The notes under the pieces are model-generated. The model saw only the letters and a program-made list of their open reading frames with translations. It made no database searches and was not told the origin of the DNA. A stretch of 46,602 nt of DNA from a virus (lineage: Duplodnaviria; Heunggongvirae; Uroviricota; Caudoviricetes), in IMG/VR virus record IMGVR_UViG_2724679140_000012, one strand, 5' to 3'. A program made the translations under genes and the position numbers. This document shows positions 35,255 to 44,236 of this stretch, piece by piece. Positions within the stretch are counted from its first letter, which is position 1; each line of letters starts with the position of its first letter.

Positions 35255-35469
35255 AGTACCCGTTCATGGAAGAGGAGACTCTTCCGGCAAAACTCGTTAG
35301 CCCCGTAAACGTCACACCATCAATGAACGCCATTATCTGTTCAGGAAAAGCCACTTATACCGATTTGCAGGAACGGTTATCTGTTCGTGATATGTATAAC
35401 CTTCTGGAAATTATCTCGGTGGAATCATTTAACAAGCGGGTCTGGAATAAACATCAGGAGCAGCGATGA
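35251..35469 (+). CDS. Frameshift extension of the tail assembly chaperone (GT-like), -1 frame
   Basis: ORF in the -1 frame relative to the chaperone, overlapping its stop and ending at the tape measure start. Confidence 0.6.
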   Translation: MKYPFMEEETLPAKLVSPVNVTPSMNAIICSGKATYTDLQERLSVRDMYNLLEIISVESFNKRVWNKHQEQR

Positions 35470-37283
35470 TTATCAATGAGTTGGCCTACAAGGTCACAAT
35501 TAAGGCCGATGAATTCCTGAATGGAAAACGGAAAGTAAAAGATGAAGTTAGTAAATTAAACAAAGATCTTTCCAGGGCTGAGAAGGAAAGGCTAAAGGAA
35601 CTTGAAAAACAGCGGCAGGAAACGGAGAGGTTCGGTAAAACCGCTGTTTCAGCTTTCCGCAACGTGACAACAGCAGCCGCTGGATTTTTGGGAATTGGCG
35701 CCGGGTTGTATGGAATCAAGCAACTTTTTACATCTACTGCCAACGAAATCGTGAGAGCCAGTCAACAGGCCAAGTTTTTCGGTTCTGATGTTAATAAGAT
35801 GTTTGGTGTTCAGCGGGGATTTCGCCAGGCTGGTCTTAACGGTGACTCGTTCATTTCATCTTCTGGGAATGCCAGAATGGCTTTGGCAAATATTGCCGAT
35901 CCAACTGTTATGGGAGGGCTTACTGGCGCTGCCCAAAATTTGCTGGTTCTTGGCGCTCGTACCGGATTAGATATCAATAAGCTCGGCGACCCAAACAAGG
36001 CTCTTGCTGAGTTTTCTCGCTATGGCAAGACTCATTCTCAAGAAAACCTGATGCAGGTGATGGCTGCCGCAGGGTTCGATCCGACAGATGCCGCTAAAAT
36101 AAAATCAGGGGAACTTAAGCAGCTTGTCGATTCAGAAACAAAGAAATCCCGTATTACAGCACAGCAGGTAAAAGAGCAGGAGAAGGTTGCTGCCACTCTT
36201 GGGCAACTTGATTCAGAGTTTTCCCGATTAAAGCAAAATTTAGCCATGGCATTCGCTCCAGACGTTATTGACGGGATGAAGGCTTTTGGTTCCTGGATTG
36301 AGAAACATCATGGCGACATCATTGGCTTTTTCAATGACGCCGGGAATATGACGAAGCAATTCACAAAGGCAGTTGGTGGTGCGGAAGAGGCTCTGAAGCT
36401 ATTGGCAGCAGCATATGTAGGAAGCAAACTTACAGGCGGTGCCCTTCCTCCATGGTTGGCTGGGTTAATAGCATATGGTTTGTACCTCTACAATGACAGG
36501 GAAAACATTGAGGGTGCAGCTAAAGGATCGTTTGATTACTCTAAGCGTGAACTTGGAGATACCATGCGCAGCATGGGGTTTGAAACCGATTTTGGGCGTA
36601 GGGGAGATGAGATTTATGGCAATAACATTCAGCCAGATATCCCTCTCCCTGACGGAGTAAAGCCTGTAAGCATGGATTCTCTTCTTGATGCCATTCGTGA
36701 GGTGGAATCGAGTGGTGGTAAAAAACTTTACAGCCCGAAAGGTGCTGTTGGTCCGTATCAGTTCATGAAGGATACTGCCATAGCGTACGGGTTAAAGGTC
36801 GGTGATGGGATTGATGAGCGTCTTGATGAGGTAAAATCTCGCGCTGCTTCTGAAAGGTTCATGAGGGATTTGCTAAAGCACTATAAAGGCAATGTTAACC
36901 ATGCGCTGATGGCTTATAACTGGGGAATGGGCAATGTAGACAAAAAGTTAAAATATATATCCAGTGCCGGGTTTGATTCACCATCATCCAAATACTGGAA
37001 CACCCTGCCGAAAGAAACGCGAGAATATGTACCAAAGATTCGCGCCGCTCTTAATGCAAAAGAAAACGAGACGCTGGCTTACTATCAGCAGCAGCAACGC
37101 ATCGCTTCAACACCAAGCCAGACAACATCAAAAATTGACAACAGCCGTAGCAGCAGTACAACTATTGGCACGGTAGTTGTTAACAGTAACCCGACAACAG
37201 TTGATGCTCTTACCAGAAGTGTCAATCAGCAAGTTAGCCGGGTGTCAACAAACGCGGCATTTTCTAGTGGCGTAACACCTTAA
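35466..37283 (+). CDS. Tail tape measure protein with C-terminal lytic transglycosylase (SLT) domain, 605 aa
   Basis: Coiled-coil N-terminal half; SLT motifs EVESSGG, GPYQF, AYNWG in the C-terminal half; position after the chaperone pair. Confidence 0.85.
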   Translation: MIINELAYKVTIKADEFLNGKRKVKDEVSKLNKDLSRAEKERLKELEKQRQETERFGKTAVSAFRNVTTAAAGFLGIGAGLYGIKQLFTSTANEIVRASQQAKFFGSDVNKMFGVQRGFRQAGLNGDSFISSSGNARMALANIADPTVMGGLTGAAQNLLVLGARTGLDINKLGDPNKALAEFSRYGKTHSQENLMQVMAAAGFDPTDAAKIKSGELKQLVDSETKKSRITAQQVKEQEKVAATLGQLDSEFSRLKQNLAMAFAPDVIDGMKAFGSWIEKHHGDIIGFFNDAGNMTKQFTKAVGGAEEALKLLAAAYVGSKLTGGALPPWLAGLIAYGLYLYNDRENIEGAAKGSFDYSKRELGDTMRSMGFETDFGRRGDEIYGNNIQPDIPLPDGVKPVSMDSLLDAIREVESSGGKKLYSPKGAVGPYQFMKDTAIAYGLKVGDGIDERLDEVKSRAASERFMRDLLKHYKGNVNHALMAYNWGMGNVDKKLKYISSAGFDSPSSKYWNTLPKETREYVPKIRAALNAKENETLAYYQQQQRIASTPSQTTSKIDNSRSSSTTIGTVVVNSNPTTVDALTRSVNQQVSRVSTNAAFSSGVTP

Positions 37284-37303
37284 CGATCATGTCATAATGA
37301 CGA

Positions 37304-37705
37304 TTATTTTTTATTATCAAGACCGCCATTATGGTATATGTAATACCCTACCTGAATGGCGGAAAGAACTAGCCCGGTTCTGTTCTCGGTATTTTTTTTG
37401 CTTTCTCCTTGAAGATTTTTCTTTTGTTTTTTGGCGCTTGATAAAACCTCTCTTTCAATGTCCTCATACTGCATGCCATCGTAAGCGTTTTGGTATGCAC
37501 CTTGGCATACGCGGGATATTGTCTGTATGAGGTCCATCCTTTTGGACTCCTGCAATGGAACGTCCTTTTCATAGGAGCTAACCAAGGACGATGAAGCTCT
37601 GTTGCAATCCACTAAAACTTGATGTGAAGTAAGGCCGCCAGACGAGAAGCACACGGAAGGGCTTAGCAGAAAGAGGATTGAGATGGTAGATTTTAAGATG
37701 TTCAT
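37304..37705 (-). CDS. Hypothetical exported/membrane protein, 133 aa (moron gene C)
   Basis: N-terminal signal-like MNILKSTISILFLLSPSVC; AT-rich; opposite strand to flanking tail genes; weak RBS. Confidence 0.6.
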   Translation of the reverse strand: MNILKSTISILFLLSPSVCFSSGGLTSHQVLVDCNRASSSLVSSYEKDVPLQESKRMDLIQTISRVCQGAYQNAYDGMQYEDIEREVLSSAKKQKKNLQGESKKNTENRTGLVLSAIQVGYYIYHNGGLDNKK

Positions 37706-37769
37706 TTTAGAGATCCGTATTGGTTATTTCAATTACCCATTAAATGAAGAAAAAACACGCAACACCCAC

Positions 37770-38120
37770 TCAGGTGGGCTTGTCATCATTATTGACAACG
37801 ATATGATCTTGACATTCGCTCAGTAAGGCGCCTATTTCACGATGATTAAACCCTTCAGCGATGAATCTTTTCCCGTCGTTAGTTTGTATCTCTAGCTTTT
37901 CCCCCTTGTTTCTGGCGACGAAATATCCAATTGCAGCAGATAAACAATTCATTGCCGCAGGGCTTGTTATTCCGTTAACAATTACTTGCACCCACTCTGG
38001 TGGAGACGAGCTGTCGAATGCGAGTGTTACATGTGGCTTATGTTCTAGCCCCCATGTTTGCATTGCTTCGTTCAATGATTCAACATCTTCTTGTCGGACG
38101 GTAAAAATGAAACTTTCCAT
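37770..38120 (-). CDS. Hypothetical protein, 116 aa (moron gene B)
   Basis: ATG at 38120-38118 with GGAG 8 nt upstream; hairpin CCCAC-CUGA-GUGGG overlapping the stop then a U-run. Confidence 0.6.
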   Translation of the reverse strand: MESFIFTVRQEDVESLNEAMQTWGLEHKPHVTLAFDSSSPPEWVQVIVNGITSPAAMNCLSAAIGYFVARNKGEKLEIQTNDGKRFIAEGFNHREIGALLSECQDHIVVNNDDKPT

Positions 38121-38346
38121 CGTTTACACTCCATCGTTAAAAAATATTGGTAATGCCTTTAGCCTAATCTGGGGTGGGATATCATTGCTTCTCGGGAGAG
38201 AGGTCTCTATCGAGAGTGATATTACCCCAACAGAATTCACCAAAATGGTGGTCGATGATCTTCGCCGGCAAGCAAAGAGCGGAGAGTTGAAAATGACTCA
38301 AGAAGAGTTGCGCACTTCGCTGCTTGCTGCTCTTGATGGAAATTAA
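38107..38346 (+). CDS. Possible small protein, 79 aa, in the gap between moron genes A and B
   Basis: Open frame filling the 235-nt gap; weak RBS; 5' end overlaps the start of gene B on the other strand. Confidence 0.3.
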   Translation: MKLSIVYTPSLKNIGNAFSLIWGGISLLLGREVSIESDITPTEFTKMVVDDLRRQAKSGELKMTQEELRTSLLAALDGN

Positions 38347-38355
38347 TTGCTACTA

Positions 38356-38823
38356 TCAAGAGTTTTTTAATCCTGGAATTATGGGTCTAGATAAACATCC
38401 ACACCCTACAAGTTGTCCTGGGTGGATGTACTTGAAAAAACCGATCCTGATTCCTTTACGAATAGAGTACTTTTTGCCATTGAGATTGCGGTGACTGGGA
38501 TGTTTACATAGGAAATCCTCAAACACCCACGCTGCCTCAGTGATCTTAATCTTTAATCGGCGTGCCGCCTCAACCTCAGGATTAGTGATAGACCAAAGGA
38601 TCATAGCAAGACGGCCAGATATCTTTTCGCTAAGTCCGGTTTCTTGAATGATGTTATTCTTTGAGTTGTACAGGTTTCGACCATGCTTTACGACATCTTG
38701 GTATAGCCCTTTATGGTTCTTAACATCGATAATTAATTTCTTGATTATCAACAACTCATCTGCTGATGCTTTTTTAAATTCTACATTGATGATTTCATTT
38801 TCTTCCTTGCTAAGACATGCCAT
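38356..38823 (-). CDS. Hypothetical protein, 155 aa (moron gene A), immediately downstream of mnt
   Basis: ATG at 38823-38821 with GAGG 6 nt upstream, 23 nt after the mnt-like stop; AT-rich, Lys/Ile/Asn-rich. Confidence 0.65.
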   Translation of the reverse strand: MACLSKEENEIINVEFKKASADELLIIKKLIIDVKNHKGLYQDVVKHGRNLYNSKNNIIQETGLSEKISGRLAMILWSITNPEVEAARRLKIKITEAAWVFEDFLCKHPSHRNLNGKKYSIRKGIRIGFFKYIHPGQLVGCGCLSRPIIPGLKNS

Positions 38824-38846
38824 AGCAACCTCGTAATATCGTCTTC

Positions 38847-39089
38847 TTACTTGATGTTTGCTTCCTTAATGGCTGCAACCTCTCTCTCAAGAGCTATTAA
38901 TCTTTCGGTTAAGGAAGAAAGGCTAAGCGAGTGAACATGTTTATTTTCTCCTGCCCATGCACTTAGAGCTGCAACCATTTCTGCATTTAAAGATCTGCCA
39001 TTCGCCTCAGCTAACGCGGTTAGGCGATCCTTTATCTCCACAGGAAGTCGAAGATTAACTTGTGGGTTCTTGTACCTGCGTTCAGACAT
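38847..39089 (-). CDS. mnt: Mnt-like ribbon-helix-helix repressor, ~80 aa
   Basis: N-terminal NLRLPVEIKDRLTALAEANGRSLNAEMVAAL parallels the P22 Mnt RHH motif (EANGRSMNSELLQIV); divergent from arc/ant. Confidence 0.8.
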   Translation of the reverse strand: MSERRYKNPQVNLRLPVEIKDRLTALAEANGRSLNAEMVAALSAWAGENKHVHSLSLSSLTERLIALEREVAAIKEANIK

Positions 39090-39095
39090 CAGCAT

Positions 39096-39194
39096 ATCCT
39101 GAATAATTTTTTACCACAGGATATGTAGGTATCTATTGACTATCAATGCGTACCTACATACTATGTATGCGTACCGCATACCAAAGGAGCGAAA
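39096..39194. promoter_or_regulatory. immI-type divergent control region: Pant candidate (-35 TTGACT 39136-39141, -10 TACTAT 39159-39164) and operator-like palindromes
   Basis: Inverted repeats TGTAGGTA/TACCTACA (39124-39131 and 39151-39158) flanking the -35, and GTATGCG-TAC-CGCATAC (39164-39180) over the start region. Confidence 0.6.
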
Positions 39195-39341
39195 ATGAAA
39201 GTAAAAACGTTAAGGATGCCAGAATGGCTCGAAAAAGCTTTGGAGCAGTCAGCGAAAAAGGATGATCGGTCATTCAGCAATGAGGTGTTGAGGAGGCTTA
39301 AGGAGTCGGTAGCTAAGGACGGGATTGTTTGTCCAGAATGA
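39195..39341 (+). CDS. arc: Arc-like ribbon-helix-helix repressor, 48 aa
   Basis: ATG at 39195 with AAGGAG upstream; RHH-sized protein with SFSNEVLRRLKESV; position upstream of ant as in P22. Confidence 0.75.
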   Translation: MKVKTLRMPEWLEKALEQSAKKDDRSFSNEVLRRLKESVAKDGIVCPE

Positions 39342-39407
39342 GTAAAGCCCCAGATATTGCGAGTATCTAGGGCTTAAATCGCCAGTAAGTATTGAGGAAA
39401 AACTGAC

Positions 39408-40337
39408 ATGAAAAGTATAGCAACAGCGGTATCTACTATCAACGTACCATTCCACGGCGCAGAGCTTTATGTTGTCAATCACAACGGCGAACCGTACACC
39501 CCAATGAAACCTATCGTTGAGGGAATGGGTATGACTTGGCAGTCTCAACACCGCAAGTTGATGGAGAGATTTAAGACCTGCATCATCGAAATGATGATTC
39601 AGCTCCCCGGTGATACTCAGCGTCGTCTGGTTATCTGTCTTGCTTTACGTAAACTTGCAGGCTGGCTGCAAACCATCAGCCCTAACAAAGTCCGTCCTGA
39701 AATCCGCGACAAGGTAATCCAGTATCAGGAAGAGTGTGACGATGTGCTCTATGAGTACTGGACTAAAGGCCATGTGGTTAATCCACGCAAAGCTAAAAAG
39801 GCGTTGCCGGGCAAAATCACCACTGAACAGCAGGAAGCCATTAAACAACTTGTCATGAGTCGTGGTCAGTCTCTGCCAAAAGAAAAACAGGCGAAGGCGA
39901 TGATCACCATGTGGTCGTCACTGAAATCCCATTTTGGATGTTCGTACAAAGAAATCAGTGAGGAGCAGTTTACCGAAGCACTGTCACTTGCAGCTCGAGT
40001 TCCACTTGAAGGTGAGTTCATTAGCAAGCAAGAGAAGAAAGCAAACGAGCTTTCTGCAAAAGAAGCAAACAGCCTTGTATGGTTATGGGATTATGCCAAC
40101 CGCTCACAGGCATTATTCCGCGAACTGTATCCGGCATTAAAACAAATTCAATCGAACTATTCCGGCAGATGCTACGACTACGGTCATGAGTTCTCGTATG
40201 TTATCGGAACGGCGAGAGACGTTTTAATCAACCACACACGAGATGTTGATATCAATGAGCCAGACGGACCAACAAATCTTTCTGCATGGATAAGGCTTAA
40301 GAATAAAGAATTGCCGCCTTCTGTTCATCTGTATTAA
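39408..40337 (+). CDS. ant: Antirepressor (Ant-like), 309 aa
   Basis: Position downstream of arc and divergent from mnt; N-terminal domain resembles phage antirepressor N-domains from memory. Confidence 0.75.
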   Translation: MKSIATAVSTINVPFHGAELYVVNHNGEPYTPMKPIVEGMGMTWQSQHRKLMERFKTCIIEMMIQLPGDTQRRLVICLALRKLAGWLQTISPNKVRPEIRDKVIQYQEECDDVLYEYWTKGHVVNPRKAKKALPGKITTEQQEAIKQLVMSRGQSLPKEKQAKAMITMWSSLKSHFGCSYKEISEEQFTEALSLAARVPLEGEFISKQEKKANELSAKEANSLVWLWDYANRSQALFRELYPALKQIQSNYSGRCYDYGHEFSYVIGTARDVLINHTRDVDINEPDGPTNLSAWIRLKNKELPPSVHLY

Positions 40338-40344
40338 TGACGCA

Positions 40345-40384
40345 TCTGGCGGTGAAAAAAACCGCCAGTGTGCTGCTGGCGGCC
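40345..40384. terminator. Hairpin cluster after ant (alternative stems among CTGGCGG / CCGCCAG / CTGGCGG)
   Basis: Three mutually complementary 7-mers; A-run on plus strand means the T-run follows the hairpin only on the minus strand. Confidence 0.4.
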
Positions 40385-40420
40385 TATGTCACACCCTTAC
40401 TACCACATAAGGAATGCTTA

Positions 40421-41146
40421 ATGACTTTTAAGAATGTAGCAAACATCGGATCCGTTGTCACGGATAAAACCATTGACAGCCAGCGCCTTCTTGAGATGGT
40501 AAATCAGGCTCGTAGACAGTGCGGTGAGCCATCAGTACGTAACAACAAATTCATCGAGAAAATTGAGGATGAATTGGAGGGCGAGACCTACACAAAAAGT
40601 GTAGGTCGGAAAAACGGGGCTGACATTGATGTTATCTCCATGACTATCAAGCAGGCGCTTCGTGTTGCTGCTCGCGAATCTAAAGCAGTTCGCCGAACAC
40701 TTGTAGACAAACTTGAAAGTATGCAGGAAGCGCACATTAAAAGCGGTAAATCGTCGAGTGGACTTGTTGAGTATCGCCAGGCGCGAACATTGAAAATGAC
40801 GGTTGAAGCTGTTACCAATCTGTTCGATTTGATGCCAAATCTTGCGCCGGAAGCAAAGCAGACTGCGGCCGCAAGCATAATCAACCCGATCGTTGGTTTT
40901 AATGCAATACCCCTTCCGGCAATAGAAGAGCATTACTACTCAGCAGGGGAGGTTGCAGAGCAGCTTGGAGTAACGGCAAACAAGATTGGTCGCATTGCTA
41001 ACGCAAACAACCTCAAAACTGAGCAGTACGGGAAGTTCTTCCTGGATAAATCTGCGCATTCCAGCAAACAGGTGGAAGCATTCCGCTACAACTCAAAAGG
41101 AGTTGAAGTATTGAGAAATCTAGTTAATGTTTCTACCGCAGCCTAA
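40421..41146 (+). CDS. Second antirepressor-like / DNA-binding regulatory protein, 241 aa
   Basis: ATG at 40421 with AAGGA upstream (track ORF begins earlier at 40337); followed by a strong terminator; function inferred from position only. Confidence 0.6.
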   Translation: MTFKNVANIGSVVTDKTIDSQRLLEMVNQARRQCGEPSVRNNKFIEKIEDELEGETYTKSVGRKNGADIDVISMTIKQALRVAARESKAVRRTLVDKLESMQEAHIKSGKSSSGLVEYRQARTLKMTVEAVTNLFDLMPNLAPEAKQTAAASIINPIVGFNAIPLPAIEEHYYSAGEVAEQLGVTANKIGRIANANNLKTEQYGKFFLDKSAHSSKQVEAFRYNSKGVEVLRNLVNVSTAA

Positions 41147-41165
41147 TTAAATCTTTTTATAAAAA

Positions 41166-41193
41166 CCAACCCAGCTTCGGCTGGGTTTTTGTT
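41166..41193 (+). terminator. Intrinsic terminator closing the immI-like insertion
   Basis: Hairpin AACCCAGC-UUCG-GCUGGGUU followed by UUUUUGUUU. Confidence 0.75.
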
Positions 41194-41206
41194 TAATGGA
41201 GAGTAG

Positions 41207-42022
41207 ATGGGCATAATCGATTTAAACACAGCAGACATATTCAATGCTATCGGTGGTGGCTCTCCGCTTTCGATCATCGACAGCGTTCTGCATCCCCAGT
41301 ATGTGATTCGTGACAGGGAAACTGGCGAGGTTGCTCTTGAGTTCAGTGGTATGGCATCCGTACAGCCAAGTGGAAGGGCGCAAATAACAAACGCTCCGGT
41401 GGAGAAAGGGAAATACCAGTCCATCAACAAAGTTAAAGAACCTGCCAGGGTAAGGTGCGCAATCATCGTAAATGGTCTTACTGGTTTTTCCGGCAACATC
41501 CCGAATATTTTCGATCTAACATTCACAAGCCAAAACAGCACGCTGAACACAATCAAAACGATGCTGTCCTCTGCAAAAACATACGACATTGAAACGCCAA
41601 AGGAAACTCTGGAGAGTTTCGACCTTGTTGACCACTATTACGAAGTTAACTCTCAAAAAGGGGTGACTCTTCTGACGGTTTATCTTGATTTTCAGGAGGT
41701 CATTCAACAAATGGAGGTTATCCTCTCTGGATCTCAGTCAGAACAGAAGCCAACGGATAACAATAAGTCACAGGGAGATGTAGGAGTTGATCCACAAATA
41801 ACCAATGGCGGAGCCAGGGAATCTACTGTCGATGAGCTAAGTAAATCATGGTCATCACTGAAGTCATCTGTTGGCGGAATCACTGGAAAAATCTCCGGTA
41901 CAATCAAGACTGAATTTCATAGTGCTCTTGATACAGTGTCCAAACCAATACTCGAAGTTACAAACAGCGCAACAAAAAAAGCGGCAGATATTGCAAAAAA
42001 TATAGTTAAGGCGAGTACATGA
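41207..42022 (+). CDS. Putative tail/baseplate protein, 271 aa
   Basis: ATG with GGAGAG upstream; resumes the tail module after the insertion. Confidence 0.6.
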   Translation: MGIIDLNTADIFNAIGGGSPLSIIDSVLHPQYVIRDRETGEVALEFSGMASVQPSGRAQITNAPVEKGKYQSINKVKEPARVRCAIIVNGLTGFSGNIPNIFDLTFTSQNSTLNTIKTMLSSAKTYDIETPKETLESFDLVDHYYEVNSQKGVTLLTVYLDFQEVIQQMEVILSGSQSEQKPTDNNKSQGDVGVDPQITNGGARESTVDELSKSWSSLKSSVGGITGKISGTIKTEFHSALDTVSKPILEVTNSATKKAADIAKNIVKAST

Positions 42023-42321
42023 TTACAGTATCTGTTCTTCCCAGCAAATCTCAGTCCATTTCGGTAAGTCTGGCTGGTCAGCAATGTAATATAAAACTTG
42101 TTCAGCGACAGAGTTTTATGTACATGGATTTAACTGTTAATGAAGTCCCAATTATGCAGGGCGTTCCATGTCTGTATGGGAATAAGATGGTAAGATACTC
42201 CTACCTTGGATTTAAGGGAGACCTTATTTTCATTGATAATGATGGGGAATCGGACCCTCAATGGGAAGGCTTGGGTAGCCGTTACTTGCTGTACTACATC
42301 GAGGAAAACGAGCTTGTATAA
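42019..42321 (+). CDS. Putative baseplate/tail protein, 100 aa
   Basis: Tightly coupled ORF in the tail module. Confidence 0.55.
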   Translation: MITVSVLPSKSQSISVSLAGQQCNIKLVQRQSFMYMDLTVNEVPIMQGVPCLYGNKMVRYSYLGFKGDLIFIDNDGESDPQWEGLGSRYLLYYIEENELV

Positions 42322-43195
42322 AAATCACAGTCTTCGGTTTGACTTCACGAATGAATCATCAGCATTTGATAAAAATGGAAACAATAAAATCTCCATCAGA
42401 AATGTTAAGTCAACAGTATCCCTGAACTTTGTTACCGGTCGGGGAGGTGCTCAGGCTGATATATCTCTTTACGGCTTAGGAATTGAAAGACTTGCTGATA
42501 TATCAGGGAAGGCTGATGGTATTGTTGGGGAAGGTCAGAAATTAAATGTTGAGGTATTTGCTGATGATTCTCTTGTTTTCTCCGGCACGATGCTTTCATC
42601 AATAGCAAACATGAATTCTGCTCCTGAAAGCAGTTTGATGATAACAGCCTCTTCTAATGTTGATTTACAGAACATGCCAGCAAGTCCGTTTACAGCGCAG
42701 GGTGCGCAAAGTGTTGAAGATGTCATCTCATCCATTTGTGCAAGTGCAGGTTATGAGGCTGTGTTTAATAATGTAAAAGGGATGACAACATCAGGAAGTC
42801 CGCATTTTGAAGGAAGTGTTTTTGAGCAACTTTATAGGATCTGTTCAGATTATGGACTGGCGATGTCAGCCACGCCACCGACAAAAGTAGAGTTCTGGCC
42901 TTCAGAAAAAAACAGAGACGATGTGATTCCGTTTATATCCAGAGAATACGGACTTGTTGGATATCCTGTATTTTCAAATGGGGGGCTGATGTTTCAGACG
43001 CAATATTCATCTCTCCTTTGCATTGGAAGATATGTGGATATCAAAACAGAACTACCACATGCAAGCGGAAGGTATAAGTTAACCTCCGTTCGGCATGAAT
43101 TATCATCATGGATGCCAAATGGTTCATGGCACTCAATATGTATTGCCGCCAGAACAGCGGAACAAAGAGCAGAGGCGCAACAGAATAATGGATAA
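42314..43195 (+). CDS. Putative baseplate hub/tail protein, ~293 aa (TTG start or frameshift fusion)
   Basis: Open frame has no ATG before residue ~120 of the track ORF; TTG at 42314 preceded by GAGGAA. Confidence 0.55.
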   Translation: MYKNHSLRFDFTNESSAFDKNGNNKISIRNVKSTVSLNFVTGRGGAQADISLYGLGIERLADISGKADGIVGEGQKLNVEVFADDSLVFSGTMLSSIANMNSAPESSLMITASSNVDLQNMPASPFTAQGAQSVEDVISSICASAGYEAVFNNVKGMTTSGSPHFEGSVFEQLYRICSDYGLAMSATPPTKVEFWPSEKNRDDVIPFISREYGLVGYPVFSNGGLMFQTQYSSLLCIGRYVDIKTELPHASGRYKLTSVRHELSSWMPNGSWHSICIAARTAEQRAEAQQNNG

Positions 43196-43880
43196 GCAAC
43201 TATTTACTCCAACGCCTGCTCAGGTAAGTGAGGCTCAATCTCAGGAATATATTTTTGAGATGCTGATGTCTGGATATTTCTTCATTGAGTTAGCGAGAGT
43301 TCAGGAAGTCAGGGGGGAAGCACCGGATTTAGTTGTTGACACTCTTCCTTTACTAACCAGAACAGACCGTACAGGAAAAATGATTTCTAACTCGGTTTTA
43401 TATGATCTTCCCGTATGGCGGTTGCAGAGAGGAAACAGCGCTGTAATTATGGACCCTGTGGCGGGTGATATTGGTCTGATTGCGGTCTGCGACAAAGACA
43501 CATCACTGGTAAGAAAAAATCGTAAAGAATCAGTACCCGGAAGCAAAAGAAGACACAGTAAATCTGATGCAATTTATCTTGGTGGGGTATTAAACATTGC
43601 GCCCACTCAATTTATTGAATTCGCTGACGGTGCAATAAACATAACCACGCCTAACCCACTAAATATTAAATGTTCATCGTTAAATATTGATGCTCCTGAT
43701 GGAGTCAACATGAATACTCATTTACTTAAAGTTAGCGGTGATATTCAGGATAACGCAAGTTCACAGTCATCTACTGTTAAAAATTTAAGGGACAACTATA
43801 ACAATCACAAACATTCTGTTTCAGGAGTACAAAGTGGTGGGTCAACAATAAATTCCAATGCAACGGATAAACCGACATGA
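43188..43880 (+). CDS. Putative baseplate spike protein (P2 gpV-like), 230 aa
   Basis: Position V-W-J-I-H upstream of W/J/I homologs; ATG at 43188. Confidence 0.6.
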   Translation: MDKQLFTPTPAQVSEAQSQEYIFEMLMSGYFFIELARVQEVRGEAPDLVVDTLPLLTRTDRTGKMISNSVLYDLPVWRLQRGNSAVIMDPVAGDIGLIAVCDKDTSLVRKNRKESVPGSKRRHSKSDAIYLGGVLNIAPTQFIEFADGAINITTPNPLNIKCSSLNIDAPDGVNMNTHLLKVSGDIQDNASSQSSTVKNLRDNYNNHKHSVSGVQSGGSTINSNATDKPT

Positions 43881-44236
43881 CATACAGAACTATGCAACTT
43901 GACACTTCTACGTGGGACTTGACGCTTGACGGAAATGGCAATCTGGCGATCGCAGAAGAATCATATTCTGTTGCTCAGGATGTCGCCAGTGCGTGCCTGG
44001 TGTTTTCTGGAGAGTGTTATTACGACAATACGCTTGGGATTCCATGGAAGGCAGAAGTTCTTGGCAGGCGACCATCTCCTGGTTTTATTGCTCAGAAAAT
44101 GCAAGCTGAAGCACTCAAATTACCCGTCGTTGAGGATGCTCTGGCATCAGTTTTCTTTGACAAGAATACACGCACAACTCGCGGCACAATCCGCGTTACA
44201 GATATCAATGGTAATATTGCACAGGCCACCTTATGA
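43877..44236 (+). CDS. Putative baseplate wedge protein (P2 gpW / T4 gp25-like), 119 aa
   Basis: Size and position immediately upstream of the J-like gene. Confidence 0.65.
   Translation: MTYRTMQLDTSTWDLTLDGNGNLAIAEESYSVAQDVASACLVFSGECYYDNTLGIPWKAEVLGRRPSPGFIAQKMQAEALKLPVVEDALASVFFDKNTRTTRGTIRVTDINGNIAQATL

Noticed and set aside
40532-40933. Minus-strand ORFs 40532..40933 and 40588..40884
   Set aside because: Entirely inside the plus-strand regulator gene 40421..41146 and Cys/Arg-rich in a way typical of antisense frames
41143-41589. Minus-strand ORF 41143..41589
   Set aside because: Overlaps the terminator and the first baseplate gene, which has a good RBS; treated as artefact
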